Below, one piece after another: positions 50,151 through 60,508 of a DNA stretch of 64,000 bases. The first letter of the stretch is position 1; the number at the start of each line of letters is the position of its first letter. A program made the translations under genes and the position numbers. The stretch is from an uncultured Acidobacteriota bacterium. Its GTDB lineage: Bacteria; Acidobacteriota; Vicinamibacteria; Vicinamibacterales; UBA2999. Location: assembly GCA_963728305.1 (NCBI GenBank), contig CAVSKE010000040.1, positions 94,005-158,004 of the forward strand, given 5' to 3'. A model generated the notes under the pieces. That model saw only the letters and a list, made by a program, of their open reading frames with translations, was not told the DNA's origin and searched no databases.

Positions 50151-50240
50151 CTATCCAACAGGCCTAAAAAATCATCGTTTCGCTCCCGCAGTTTGTAACG
50201 TCCGGGCGCGAGCTCTCACCACTTGACCGAGAGGTGATGG

Positions 50241-51599
50241 ATGAGACAGCGGGCCACGGTGGGTATTGGGATGCTCATTTGGATGTGCGTGGGTATCGCG
50301 CTTCCTCTTGTCGCGCACGCACAACCCTCGTCCGAGACTGAAATCTCGTGCGACGCGCCTGACGCGCTTCAGAAGGCATTGGCCGCAGCCTCGACCGGCG
50401 GACGAATCATCATCCGCGCGGGCACCTGCATAGGCAATTTCACGCTCGTGCGTGACGTGCGTATCCAAGGCGGCGGCTACGATCACGTCATGATCCGCGC
50501 CGCCGATCCGAGCCAACCCGTCCTCACCGTGCCGCGTGGCGTGATCACGACAATCAGCGGTGTAACGCTCGCCGGCGGACGAGTGGGTGTGCTCATCACG
50601 GGACGAGCCTCACTAGCCTTCAGCATGGTTACCGAGAATCTGTCGGGTGGCATCGAGGTCCGCGACAACGGAACATTCGAGGCCGACAAACTCAAAGTCA
50701 GTCGCAACAAAGGGCCGGGCTTGATCATCGTGAAAGCCGAGGCTGCGCTTCGCGGCAGTCTCGTCAACCAGAACGTCAGCAACGGCGAAGGCGGTGCCGG
50801 GCTGCTAGTGGTCGGCGGACGCGCCGAGCTGACCGCCACGCAAATCGAGGAGAACGACGCGGTCCGAGATGGCGGCGGCGTGCTCGCGCTGCAGAAAGGC
50901 GTGCTCGTCCTCGACCGTGTGCGACTCTTCCGCAATACGGCTCGAACCGGCCATGGCGGCGCGATTGCGGTGAACGCCAGCACAGCCGAGATCACGGGCA
51001 GCAGCGTGTTCGACAACGTGGCTGACGCGGGCAACGGCGGCGGCGTGGCGGTGCTGAACGGCGCCGAGATCAGGCTCCGCAATTCGACGATCGCCTCGAA
51101 CGTTGCCTCGTTTCAATTCGCCGACCGGCCAGGCGGTTGGGGCGGCGGCATCTATGTGGACAAGACGTCGAAGGCGTCGCTCGTCCACGCGACGATCACT
51201 CTCAACATGGCGCGATTCGCGGCTGGCATCGCCTCGAATAACGCTGTGATCCTCCAGGCTTCGCTGCTGTCGGGCAACCTGGGTGCCACGAAAGCCGGCG
51301 AGTGCGGCGGGCCAGGCCGTATCGAATCCAAGGGCTGGAATCTGCTGATGGAAAAGGGGGACTGCCGGTTCATCTCGAGTCCGGGCGACCTGATGGGGGC
51401 TTCACCGCGTCTCGGCCCACCCGGCCTGTACGGCGGCGCTTGGAACACCGTCCCGCTGCGGGATGGCAGTCCGGCGATCGACCGAATTCCGCTCGACGTA
51501 TGTTCGGGCGGTATCGATCAACGGCTCAAGCCGCGGCCGGCGAAAGGGGGCTGTGACGTCGGCGCCTTCGAGCGGCAACCGGACGACGTCATGCCGTAG
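50241..51599 (+). CDS. Secreted right-handed beta-helix repeat protein with choice-of-anchor Q-like C-terminus
   Basis: Signal peptide, GGG/GGAI + N repeats, SPAID...DQRLKPR...CDVGAFE. Confidence 0.8.
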   Translation: MRQRATVGIGMLIWMCVGIALPLVAHAQPSSETEISCDAPDALQKALAAASTGGRIIIRAGTCIGNFTLVRDVRIQGGGYDHVMIRAADPSQPVLTVPRGVITTISGVTLAGGRVGVLITGRASLAFSMVTENLSGGIEVRDNGTFEADKLKVSRNKGPGLIIVKAEAALRGSLVNQNVSNGEGGAGLLVVGGRAELTATQIEENDAVRDGGGVLALQKGVLVLDRVRLFRNTARTGHGGAIAVNASTAEITGSSVFDNVADAGNGGGVAVLNGAEIRLRNSTIASNVASFQFADRPGGWGGGIYVDKTSKASLVHATITLNMARFAAGIASNNAVILQASLLSGNLGATKAGECGGPGRIESKGWNLLMEKGDCRFISSPGDLMGASPRLGPPGLYGGAWNTVPLRDGSPAIDRIPLDVCSGGIDQRLKPRPAKGGCDVGAFERQPDDVMP

Positions 51600-51600
51600 T

Positions 51601-51699
51601 GGGGTACGAAATTGCGCTTGACGATGGGCGATTGGCGGATTGATTGAGGAATTCAGACCTCAATCCGCAAATCGTCCTTCGTCCATCGTCAATTTCCCC
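51601..51699. repeat. Degenerate 7-bp-periodic inverted-repeat hairpin
   Basis: ttgacgatgggcgattggcggattg...caatccgcaaatcgtccttcgtccatcgtcaa. Confidence 0.7.
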
Positions 51700-51764
51700 T
51701 TGTCCCGTGTTATTGTCCGCGGCACAGACCGCCCTTTTCCGGACATACATACGGAGCACTCGCC

Positions 51765-52661
51765 ATGAAGACGACAGAAGCGCAGATTCCTGCCGAAGCC
51801 ATCGAGGCGTACAACCTGTATATCCACGGTGAGATCGACCGGCGCGCGTTCTTTGATCGCGTCAACAAGGTTGCGGTGTCCACGGTTGCCGCGACCGCGA
51901 TGGTCAACGCGCTGATGCCGAACTACGCGGCGGCTCAGCAGGTCTCGCCGACCGATTCGCGCCTGAAGACCGAGTACGCGACGGTGCCGTCGCCCCAGGG
52001 CAACGGCAGCATCAAGGGCTATCTCGTGCGTCCGGCGAGTGCCGGCGCGACAAAGCTGCCGAGCATCCTCGTTATTCACGAGAATCGCGGACTCAATCCG
52101 CACATCGAAGACGTCGCGCGCCGACTCGCGCTCGAAAACTTCATGGCCTTCGCGCCCGACGGCTTGACGTCGGTCGGCGGCTACCCGGGCGACGACGGCA
52201 AGGGTGGCGAGCTCTTCGGCAAGGTCGATCGCGCGAAGATGTCCGAGGACCTCTACGCCGCCGCGGTCTGGCTCAAGTCGCGGCCCGACAGCACGGGCAA
52301 GCTCGGTGTCACCGGCTTCTGCTTCGGCGGCGGCATCTCGAACGCGCTCGCGGTAAGGATGGGCTCCGATCTCGCCGCAGCGGCTCCGTTCTATGGCGGC
52401 GCGCCTCCGGCCGCGGATGTGCCGAAGATCAAGGCCGCGGTGCTCGTGCATCACGGCAGCGAAGACGCGCGGTTCGTCGCGGCCTGGCCCGAGTACGAGA
52501 ACGCGCTCAAGACCGCCAAGGTCACCTACGAGGGCCACATCTACCCCGGCGCCGTGCACGGTTTCAACAACGACGCGACGCCGCAGCGCTACAACAAAGC
52601 CGCCGCCGATGAAGCGTGGAAGCGCACGGTGGCCTGGTTCAACAAGTACGTGCGCGGCTGA
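51765..52661 (+). CDS. Dienelactone hydrolase family protein (YghX-like)
   Basis: DRRAFF Tat-like motif, IHENRGLNPHI, GFCFGG nucleophile, HGFNND. Confidence 0.92.
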   Translation: MKTTEAQIPAEAIEAYNLYIHGEIDRRAFFDRVNKVAVSTVAATAMVNALMPNYAAAQQVSPTDSRLKTEYATVPSPQGNGSIKGYLVRPASAGATKLPSILVIHENRGLNPHIEDVARRLALENFMAFAPDGLTSVGGYPGDDGKGGELFGKVDRAKMSEDLYAAAVWLKSRPDSTGKLGVTGFCFGGGISNALAVRMGSDLAAAAPFYGGAPPAADVPKIKAAVLVHHGSEDARFVAAWPEYENALKTAKVTYEGHIYPGAVHGFNNDATPQRYNKAAADEAWKRTVAWFNKYVRG

Positions 52662-52678
52662 CGCGCGGCGAGGCTGTC

Positions 52679-53437
52679 ATGCACGACATTCATCGCACGC
52701 ACGAGGCGGGTTTGAAGACCCGCCTCTGTTTCGTTGTTCTGACGACGGTGTTTCTCGGCGCGCTGGGAACCGCGATCGTGTCGGCGCAAGCCAAACCGTC
52801 AGGCAAGACGGTGTGGGATGGCGTCTACACTGACGCGCAAGCCGAACGGGCCTCGGCGACGTTCAGCTCGACGTGTTCCAGATGTCACACACTGGGGGCC
52901 GACGGCAATCGCCCGCTCAGCGGTGACAAGTTCTGGGAAGGCTACACACAGAAGACCGTCGCCGATCTGTTGGCGTTCGTCAGCAAGAACATGCCGAACG
53001 GTCAGGGCGGCACGCTTCCAGCCGCGTCCTACAACGATCTGGTGGCGCTAATCCTCAAGTCGAACGGATTCCCGGCCGGCACCACCGAGGTGTCACCGGA
53101 GACGGGGGCCGGCGTCCAGATCATTCCGAAGGACGGACCAGGCGAGCTGCCCGCCAACACGCTGGTGCGTATCGTCGGCTGCCTCGCACCGAAGAGCGGG
53201 AGCGACTGGACGCTGACCAGTGCGACGGATCCCGAGCGCACCGAGAAGACGGCGGTCGTTGCTGAGGATGCCACGCGCGCGCTGGGCACGCGGACAACCG
53301 CGTTGAAGTTCGTGCTCGGCCGGCTGGATCAGCACGTCGGAAAGCGAATGTCCGTCACCGGGTTACTGCTCGGGAAGGGCGGCGCCGACGGCCTCAACGT
53401 GTCGACGATCAACCGGGTCGGCGAAACCTGCCCGTGA
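52679..53437 (+). CDS. Secreted c-type cytochrome with C-terminal OB-like domain
   Basis: Signal peptide, TVWDGVYT, CSRCH heme motif, MP distal ligand. Confidence 0.85.
   Translation: MHDIHRTHEAGLKTRLCFVVLTTVFLGALGTAIVSAQAKPSGKTVWDGVYTDAQAERASATFSSTCSRCHTLGADGNRPLSGDKFWEGYTQKTVADLLAFVSKNMPNGQGGTLPAASYNDLVALILKSNGFPAGTTEVSPETGAGVQIIPKDGPGELPANTLVRIVGCLAPKSGSDWTLTSATDPERTEKTAVVAEDATRALGTRTTALKFVLGRLDQHVGKRMSVTGLLLGKGGADGLNVSTINRVGETCP
52703..52726. repeat. REP-family palindrome inside the 5' end of the cytochrome c ORF
   Basis: GAGGCGGGT-TTGAAG-ACCCGCCTC, same core as copies at 34060 and 59264. Confidence 0.65.
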
Positions 53438-53679
53438 AATAGACGATTTTTTGAGCAATTCGGTATAGGTTCGCCGCATATGTCTGGGGGCCCACGCGGC
53501 CCCTATCAGGTGTAAAATTTCCTCCGTTGCAACCGTATACAGGTTGCGGGCCGACGAGTTTGCCCGTCGGCTCTATTGCCGCCGTTTCGTGCCTGCCGCA
53601 CCGTAGCCTTCGGCGAGGGCGGGCGTCGCGCGCGTGTGGGGTTGGTCGCTCGACTTTTCAGTCAAGAGGTGGGGCCAAG

Positions 53680-55337
53680 ATGCGCACCCGGACTTCCACG
53701 TTCCTGTCTTCCGTCACTGCCATCGTTATCTTTGGCGCACTCGCCTTTGCGGCTGGCGAGAGTCTCGTCGTTGACGCCGCAAAGCGTCACGATACGACGG
53801 GCGTGCGTGGGCTGATTGCCAAACGCGCGAACGTCAACGAGACGTCGCGAGACGGGTCCACTGCGCTGTTGTGGGCCGCGTACCATTCGGACGTCGCGAT
53901 GACGCGCGCGCTGATCGCCGCCGGCGCGAATCCGAATCTCTCGAACAAGTACGGCATCACACCGCTGCTGCAGGCCAGCCGCACCGGCGCCGATGAAGTC
54001 GTGCAGGCGCTGCTTCGTGCCGGCGCGGATCCCGCGCTCGCACATACGGAAGGCGAGACGCCGCTCATGGCGGCGGCGTTTGCCGGCAGTCTGCCGACAG
54101 TCCGGCTGCTGCTCGAAGCCAACGCCGACGTCAACGCGGTGGACTCGTATCAGAAACAGACCGCCCTGATGCGCGCGGCCGCTGAAGGCCATGCCGAGGT
54201 CATTCAGGCCCTGCTCGATGCGAAGGCCGATCCCAACAAGAAAGCGCACGTCACTGGCCTCGAGGAACGCAAGCACGGCGATCACCCGACCGGGGGATTC
54301 ACCGCGCTGATGTTCGCGGCGCGTAACGGTCACGAAGCGGCCATTCGCGCCCTGATCAAGGGCGGCGCGGATCCGAAGCTGACCAACGGCGACGGCGCCA
54401 CTCCGACCATCATCGCCATCGTCAACGATCGATTCGACCTTGCCAAGACGCTGGTCGACCTCGGCGCCGATCCGAACGACGGCTCGCTGTACTTCGCCGT
54501 GGATATGCACGATGCGACCAGCGACATGCGCGCGCGCGATGGATCGCGGCTGCGCGCCGATCACAGCAACACGATCGGCGCAGTCGATCTCGTGAAGGTG
54601 CTGCTCGATCGCGGCGCGGATCCCAACAAGCCTTTCGTCGGCCAGCTGCACTCGACGACGCTGTGCTGCGGTGAAGAGGTCAATTCGTCGCCGTTCTATC
54701 GCGCGGCGGTGGCGGCCGACGTCGAATCCCTGAAGCTGATGATCGCCAAGGGCGCCAAGGTGGAATGGAGCCCCGCCGAGGTGAAGAAGGAAGGCCGGGC
54801 GGTGGCGGCCGCGGGATGAACGCCAACGTCGGCAAGACGCCGATGATGATGGCGCTCAACGGCGGCCGTGGTGCCGCGTTCGCCGCCGGTCCCGGCTTCG
54901 ATCGTCTTGGACCACCGCCGTTCCGCGAAGCGTCGAACCGCGAGCCGGTGGAAGCGATCAAGGTGCTGCTGGCCGCCGGCGCGGACGCCAACGCCAAGGA
55001 TCCCAGCGGAGCGACGATGCTCCATCAGGCGGTTACGGCGCGGCAGGTCGCCATCATCCGCGAGCTCGTTGCCAAAGGCGCCAAACTCGACGCGGTGAAC
55101 AAGGACAACCTGACGCCGCTGCTGCTGGCCGAGAAGCCCGAGCCTCCGCCGCCGCCCGGCAACAACAACGATCCGAACACGTATCGTCGCAAGCGCGATT
55201 CACGTGACGACGTCATCGCCACACTGCGCGAGCTGATGAAGCTCGGACCGAACGATCCGGCGCCGGTGCCTCCCCCGCTGCCAGCCGACCAACAGAAGAA
55301 AGCCGACGAGAAGAAGGCGGACGAGGCGGCTCAATGA
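53680..55337 (+). CDS. Secreted ankyrin-repeat protein (indel ~54795)
   Basis: Signal peptide; multiple G-x-T-[AP]-L ankyrin units (GSTALLWA, GITPLLQA, GETPLMAA, GFTALMFA). Confidence 0.9.
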
Positions 55338-57911
55338 AGAAGGCTCTCGTCAGCGCGGCGCTTGTCTGGGTCGGCGCCGCGATGCTGTTCGCGCAGACGG
55401 GCAGCACGTCACGTCCCGCCTCGTCGCCGGCGCAGGCCCCGGCGACGGCGAAATCGGCCGCCGCTCCGCAGACGCCATCTGCAAGGCCTGCGTCCCCAGC
55501 GGTGACTCCGACTCGCGCCGTTGCGGCCGTGGCGTCGCCGGCCGATGCGCCGAAGCATCAAGCGCTCGTCAAGCAGTACCTGCGTCAGCTGCCACAACAG
55601 CAAGGCACCGCAGCCGGCAAACGACCCCGTCGATCTCGAAACCGCCCGTCTCGACAACCTGCTGCCGCATGCCACGACGTGGGAGCGCGTGCTGCGGAAG
55701 CTGAGCGTGCGCGCGATGCCGCCGCAAGGCATGCCGCATCCGGCTGAAGCTGACTACACCGCGTTTACGTCGTGGCTCTCGGCGTCACTCGATCAGGCGT
55801 GGCAGGGCAAGAGCACACCGGGCCGGTACGTGGTGCACCGCTTGAACCGCACCGAGTACGGCAACGCGGTCCGCGATCTCCTCGCGCTCGAGATCGATGT
55901 GGTCGAACTGTTGCCGAGCGACGGCGCCGACTTCGGCTTCGACAACATCGCCTCGTCGCTGCGAACATCCCCGCTGCTGCTCGAGCGCTATCTCACGGCC
56001 GCGCAGCGGATCAGCACGATGGCGGTCGGCGACCGCGCGGTGCGTCCCGGCACCAGCGAGTATCAGATCAGCCGCGAGTTCACGCAGAGCGGCCACATCG
56101 ATGGTCTCCCGCTCGGTACGCGCGGCGGGACGCAGGTGCGGCACGTCTTCCCCGCTGACGCGGAGTACAAGCTGTTCGGGCGTCTGGTGCGTGGCGTCGA
56201 AGAAGGCTACGCGGGCGTCGAAGGCAATGAGACGCCGGATACGTTCATCATCACGATTGACGGCGAAGAGGTCTACTCGGCGCAGATCGGCGGCCCGAAG
56301 GATCACGAGGTCCAGGCCAAGGACATGAACGAGGCCAAGACAATCATCGACGCGCGCATGACCGGCAAAGCCTTCGTCACAGCCGGTCCTCACGACGTCG
56401 GGTTCACCTGGCGCGAGCGTCCGGGGCAGCGGCAGGACGTCTGGCAGCCTGCGCTTCGCGACAGCCAGGAAGTCCACATGATCGCCGGTCTGCCACGGCT
56501 CAAGACCGTCGGCGTCGAAGGCCCCTACGACGTGAAGGGCGTGAGCACGTCGGCGAGCCGGGACAAAGTGTTCATCTGCCGGCCAACATCAGCCGCAGAT
56601 GAATCGGCATGCGCGCAGCGGATCTTCACCAACCTCGCGCGGCGCGCCTATCGCCGGCCGGTCACCGCCGAAGACGTCGACCCGCCGATGCAGTTCTACA
56701 AGCAGGCGCGCGACGCCAAGGGCGACTTCGACGCGGGTGTGCGCGCCGGGCTCGCACGCATTCTCGCCAGCACGTCGTTCCTCTATCGCATGGAGCGCGA
56801 CGCGGCGGGCGTGCAGGCCGGGACGGCGCACGCGGTGAGCGACGTCGAGCTCGCGTCGCGTCTGTCGTTCTTCCTGTGGAGCAGCATCCCGGACCAGACG
56901 TTGATGGATCTCGCGGCCGCCGGGAAGCTGCGTCAGCCGGGGGTGCTCGCCGGGCAGGTCCGCCGCATGATCGCCGACGAACGCGCAAACGCGCTGGTCA
57001 ACAACTTTGTCGGGCAATGGCTGCAGCTGCGCAACCTCGAGTCGAAGGTCGCGCCCGACCTGCTGATGTTCCCCGACTTCGATGACAACATCCGCAAGGC
57101 GTTCCGTCGCGAGACCGAGTTGTTCTTCGGCTACATCCTGCGTGACAACCGCAACGCACTGGAGTTGCTGAGCGCCGACTACACGTTCGTCAACGAGCGG
57201 CTGGCCAGGCACTACGGCATTCCGGGCGTCTACGGCTCGCGGTTCCGTCAGGTGAAGCTGACCGACCCGAATCGTCGCGGACTCCTCGGCCAGGGCAGCG
57301 TCCTGTCGTTGACGTCTGTCGCGACGCGGACCTCACCTGTCTACCGTGGCAAGTTCGTGCTCGCCACCTTCCTCAACACGCCGCCGCCACCGCCGCTGCC
57401 GAATGTGCCGGCGCTCGAGGAAGCCGCCAAGGGCGCCAAGGCCGCGCCGAAGACCGTGCGCGAAACGCTGGAACTGCACCGCAGCAGCCCGGTCTGCGCG
57501 TCCTGTCATCGCATCATCGATCCTCCCGGCTTCGCCCTGGAGAACTTCAATTCAATCGGTCAATGGCGTGAAAAGACCGAAAATGGCGCCTCGATCGATG
57601 CAGCCGGCATCCTGGCCGACGGCACGAAGGTCAACGGGCCCATCGCGTTGCGCACTGCCATTCTGAGCAGACCTGATGCCTTTATTACCGTGCTGACCGA
57701 GCGCATAATGACCTATGCGCTGGGCCGGGGTGTCGAACCATCCGATATGCCGGTCGTCCGGAGCATCGTGAGGAAGGCTGGGCAGAACAACTATCGGCTG
57801 GCGTCTATCGTTCAAAGCATCGTCGAGAGCGCACCATTTCAGATGCGGACCCGGCTGGAGCCGGAAGGGACCCCTACTAAAGTCGCTGAAGCGAGGTCAC
57901 AGCAGCCATGA
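55334..57911 (+). CDS. DUF1592/DUF1588/DUF1585/DUF1587/DUF1595 multidomain cytochrome-c-like protein (indel ~55580)
   Basis: CVSCH, HRLNRTEY, GFDN, RRAYRRP, ELASRLSFFLWSS, TSPVYRG, CASCH, YALGR. Confidence 0.9.
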
Positions 57912-59242
57912 TCATCACGAAGAAGCATCTGTCCCGCCGCACATTCCTGCGCGGTACGTTTGGCGCCGCCATGGCGCTTCCCCTGCTCGATGCCATGGTG
58001 CCAGCGCTCACGGCGCAAGGGAAAACCGCTGCGCGCACGCCGTTCCGCTTCGGCGCGATCTACATGCCGAACGGTGTATATCCCGACACGTGGCACCCAA
58101 CGACGGAAGGCGCGAACTTCGAGTTCAAGCCGGTCATGCAGCCGCTCGAGGGCTTCCGCGACCAACTGGTGACGGTCAGCAAGATGAAGGCGCCGTGGGG
58201 TGAATCCGTTCACCTCGGCGCGAGCTCGGCGTTCCTGAACGGCACCGGCCCGGTCGGGTCGCGAGACGAATCCGGTGACGCCTTTGGCAAGATCCAGTCG
58301 CGGAAGACCACCGACCAGTACATCGCCGACGTCGTCGCCGACGACACGCCGCTGCGCTCAATCGAAGTGGGCACCGAGGACATGGGCACCGCCGTGGGCG
58401 CGTGCGACGGGTTCCCCTGCACCTTCTTCAACGCGCTGTCGTGGCGCGACGATTTCAGTCCGCTGCCAATCGGCATCAACCCGCGCGTCACCTTCGAGCG
58501 CATGTTCGGCGAGACCGGATCCACCGAACAGCGCACCGCACGGCTGAAGGAGAAACAGAGCCTGCTCGACTCGGTGATGCAGGAGACGGCCAAGCTGCGG
58601 AACTCGCTGGGCGCGCCCGACAAGGCCATCCTCGACGAGTATCTGAGCAACATCCGGCAGGTCGAGCAGCAGCTCGATCGTATGGAGACCAGGCTCGGCA
58701 CGATCACCGGCGCGCCGGAAGCGCCGATTGGGCTGCCCGAAGCGTTCGACGATCACATGACCGTCACGTATGACTTGATGCACCTGGCATTTCAGGGCGA
58801 CATCAGCCGCGTCTTCACCTTCATGATCGGTCACGAGGCGAGCGACCGCGGCTACGCGCACATCGGCATTCCCGAGACGCACCACAGCATCTCGCATCAC
58901 GGCAACGACGCCGAGAAGCTCGCCAAGTACGCGAAGCTGTGCACCTATCAGATCGTGAAGTTCAGCGAGTTCCTCGACAAGCTGAAGGCCACGAAGGACG
59001 CCGACAGCAACCTGCTCGACCACTCGCTCCTCTACTGGGGCAGCGGCATGAGCAACGGCAACCAGCACGATCGCAGCAACCCGCCGGCGGTGCTCGTGGG
59101 TGGTGCGCACGGCCGCATGAAGGGCAACCGTCACATCGTCACCAAAGAAGAGCCGACGGCGAATCTGCTCCTGGCGATGGCGCATCTCGCCGGAGCCGAG
59201 ATCGAAAAGCTCGGCGCTAGCACCCGACGCATGGATCTCTAA
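57908..59242 (+). CDS. DUF1552 (HXXSHH) Tat-exported protein
   Basis: SRRTFL twin-arginine, LPLLDAM, YMPNG, HHSISHH, GSGMSNGNQH. Confidence 0.9.
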   Translation: MIITKKHLSRRTFLRGTFGAAMALPLLDAMVPALTAQGKTAARTPFRFGAIYMPNGVYPDTWHPTTEGANFEFKPVMQPLEGFRDQLVTVSKMKAPWGESVHLGASSAFLNGTGPVGSRDESGDAFGKIQSRKTTDQYIADVVADDTPLRSIEVGTEDMGTAVGACDGFPCTFFNALSWRDDFSPLPIGINPRVTFERMFGETGSTEQRTARLKEKQSLLDSVMQETAKLRNSLGAPDKAILDEYLSNIRQVEQQLDRMETRLGTITGAPEAPIGLPEAFDDHMTVTYDLMHLAFQGDISRVFTFMIGHEASDRGYAHIGIPETHHSISHHGNDAEKLAKYAKLCTYQIVKFSEFLDKLKATKDADSNLLDHSLLYWGSGMSNGNQHDRSNPPAVLVGGAHGRMKGNRHIVTKEEPTANLLLAMAHLAGAEIEKLGASTRRMDL

Positions 59243-59263
59243 CCGAACGCAACCCGCCATGAC

Positions 59264-59343
59264 GGCGGGTCCAAAGAACAGGACCCGCCCTACGCTGCAG
59301 ACTCAATGCACTCGTAGGGCGGGTTTTGCTTTTTAGACCCGCC
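59264..59343. repeat. Inverted pair of GTAG-REP elements (REPIN/BIME-like)
   Basis: GGCGGGTCC..GGACCCGCC-CTAC (59264-59293) and GTAG-GGCGGGT..ACCCGCC (59314-59343). Confidence 0.8.
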
Positions 59344-59377
59344 GAATCGCTAGGCAGCCGAATCGAAAGGCAAATCG

Positions 59378-60437
59378 ATGAAACGTACTCGTGATCGCGG
59401 CGATAGTCGCCCTCGCCGCAGCGCACATCGTCAGCGCTCAGAACGCGGCATGTGCGCCTTCGGGAGGCCTCACGTTTATCTGCGGCGTCGCGAACCCCGA
59501 AGACCTCGTGCTCGTGCCGAACACGCGATGGCTGGTCGCGAGCGGAATGGCGCCGGGCAGTGGACTGCATCTCGTCGACACGCGCGCGAAGACGGTGAAG
59601 TCCCTGTACGCGGCGGGCGCTGCCAACACGCGCCCTGACAAGACGAAGTACGCGGCGTGCCCGGGACCACTCGATCCGAAGCAGGCCGTCCTGCATGGCC
59701 TCAGCCTTCGTCCAGCGGCGGCCGGCCGCTACACTGTGTACGCGACGAATCACGGCGGCCGTGAGTCGGTGGAAGTCTTCGAACTCGATGCGAGCGGAGC
59801 GGCACCGACCGCGACGTGGACCGGCTGCGTGCTCGCACCGGGCAAGATGTCCTTCAACAGCGTCGCCGCGTTCAGCGACGGCACGCTGGTCGCGACCGTG
59901 CTGATCACCCCGGACAAGACCTTCGAGGATGCCTTTGCGCAGCGCCTCACGGGAGTCGTGATGCAGTGGGCTCCCGGCACACCGGCATTCACCGCACTTC
60001 CCGGCACAGAGCTGTCGGCGAACAACGGCATCGAGACCTCGCCGGACGATCGCGAGTTCTACGTAGCCTCGACGACGACTAAGCGGATTGTCGCCTTCGG
60101 CCGCAACAACACGACGAAGCCGCTGCGCGTGGCGCAGCTGAAAGAATTCGGACCGGACAATGTCCGGTGGACCAGCGACAATCGCCTGATCACCGCCGGT
60201 ATGATCGATGACGAGCCAGCCTGCGGTGGTGCGCCGAAGACCGAGGCCGGCATCCGGTGCCCGCGAGGCTATGTGGTGGCGACCATCGATCCGAAGACGA
60301 TGGCGGTCACCGAGGTCGCACGAGGGCCTGCAACGCCGGCGTTCACAGGCGCGGCCATCGCGATGATTTCCGGAAACGAGGTGTGGCTGGGATCGTTCAA
60401 CGCCGATCGCCTGGCGTATCGGGCGTTGAAACCGTAG
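59378..60437 (+). CDS. Secreted six-bladed beta-propeller hydrolase (paraoxonase/SMP-30 lactonase-like; indel near start)
   Basis: NPEDL, LHGLSL, NHGGRESVEVF, FNSV, ANNGI, GPDNV. Confidence 0.75.
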
Positions 60438-60490
60438 CCGGGACACCCGGCTACGGTAGCGTGGGGCGCGTCTTGATTTGTAGACCCGCC
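60432..60490. repeat. Hairpin plus degenerate REP between convergent genes
   Basis: CCGTAGCCGGG-ACA-CCCGGCTACGG, then GTGG-GGCGCGTCT..AGACCCGCC. Confidence 0.6.
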
Positions 60491-60508
60491 GGAACTCCGG
60501 AACGCCTG

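Noticed and set aside
53592-53623. Possible additional repeat family (ccgtagccttcggcgagggcggg)
   Set aside because: Single copy in this window, so repetition cannot be demonstrated
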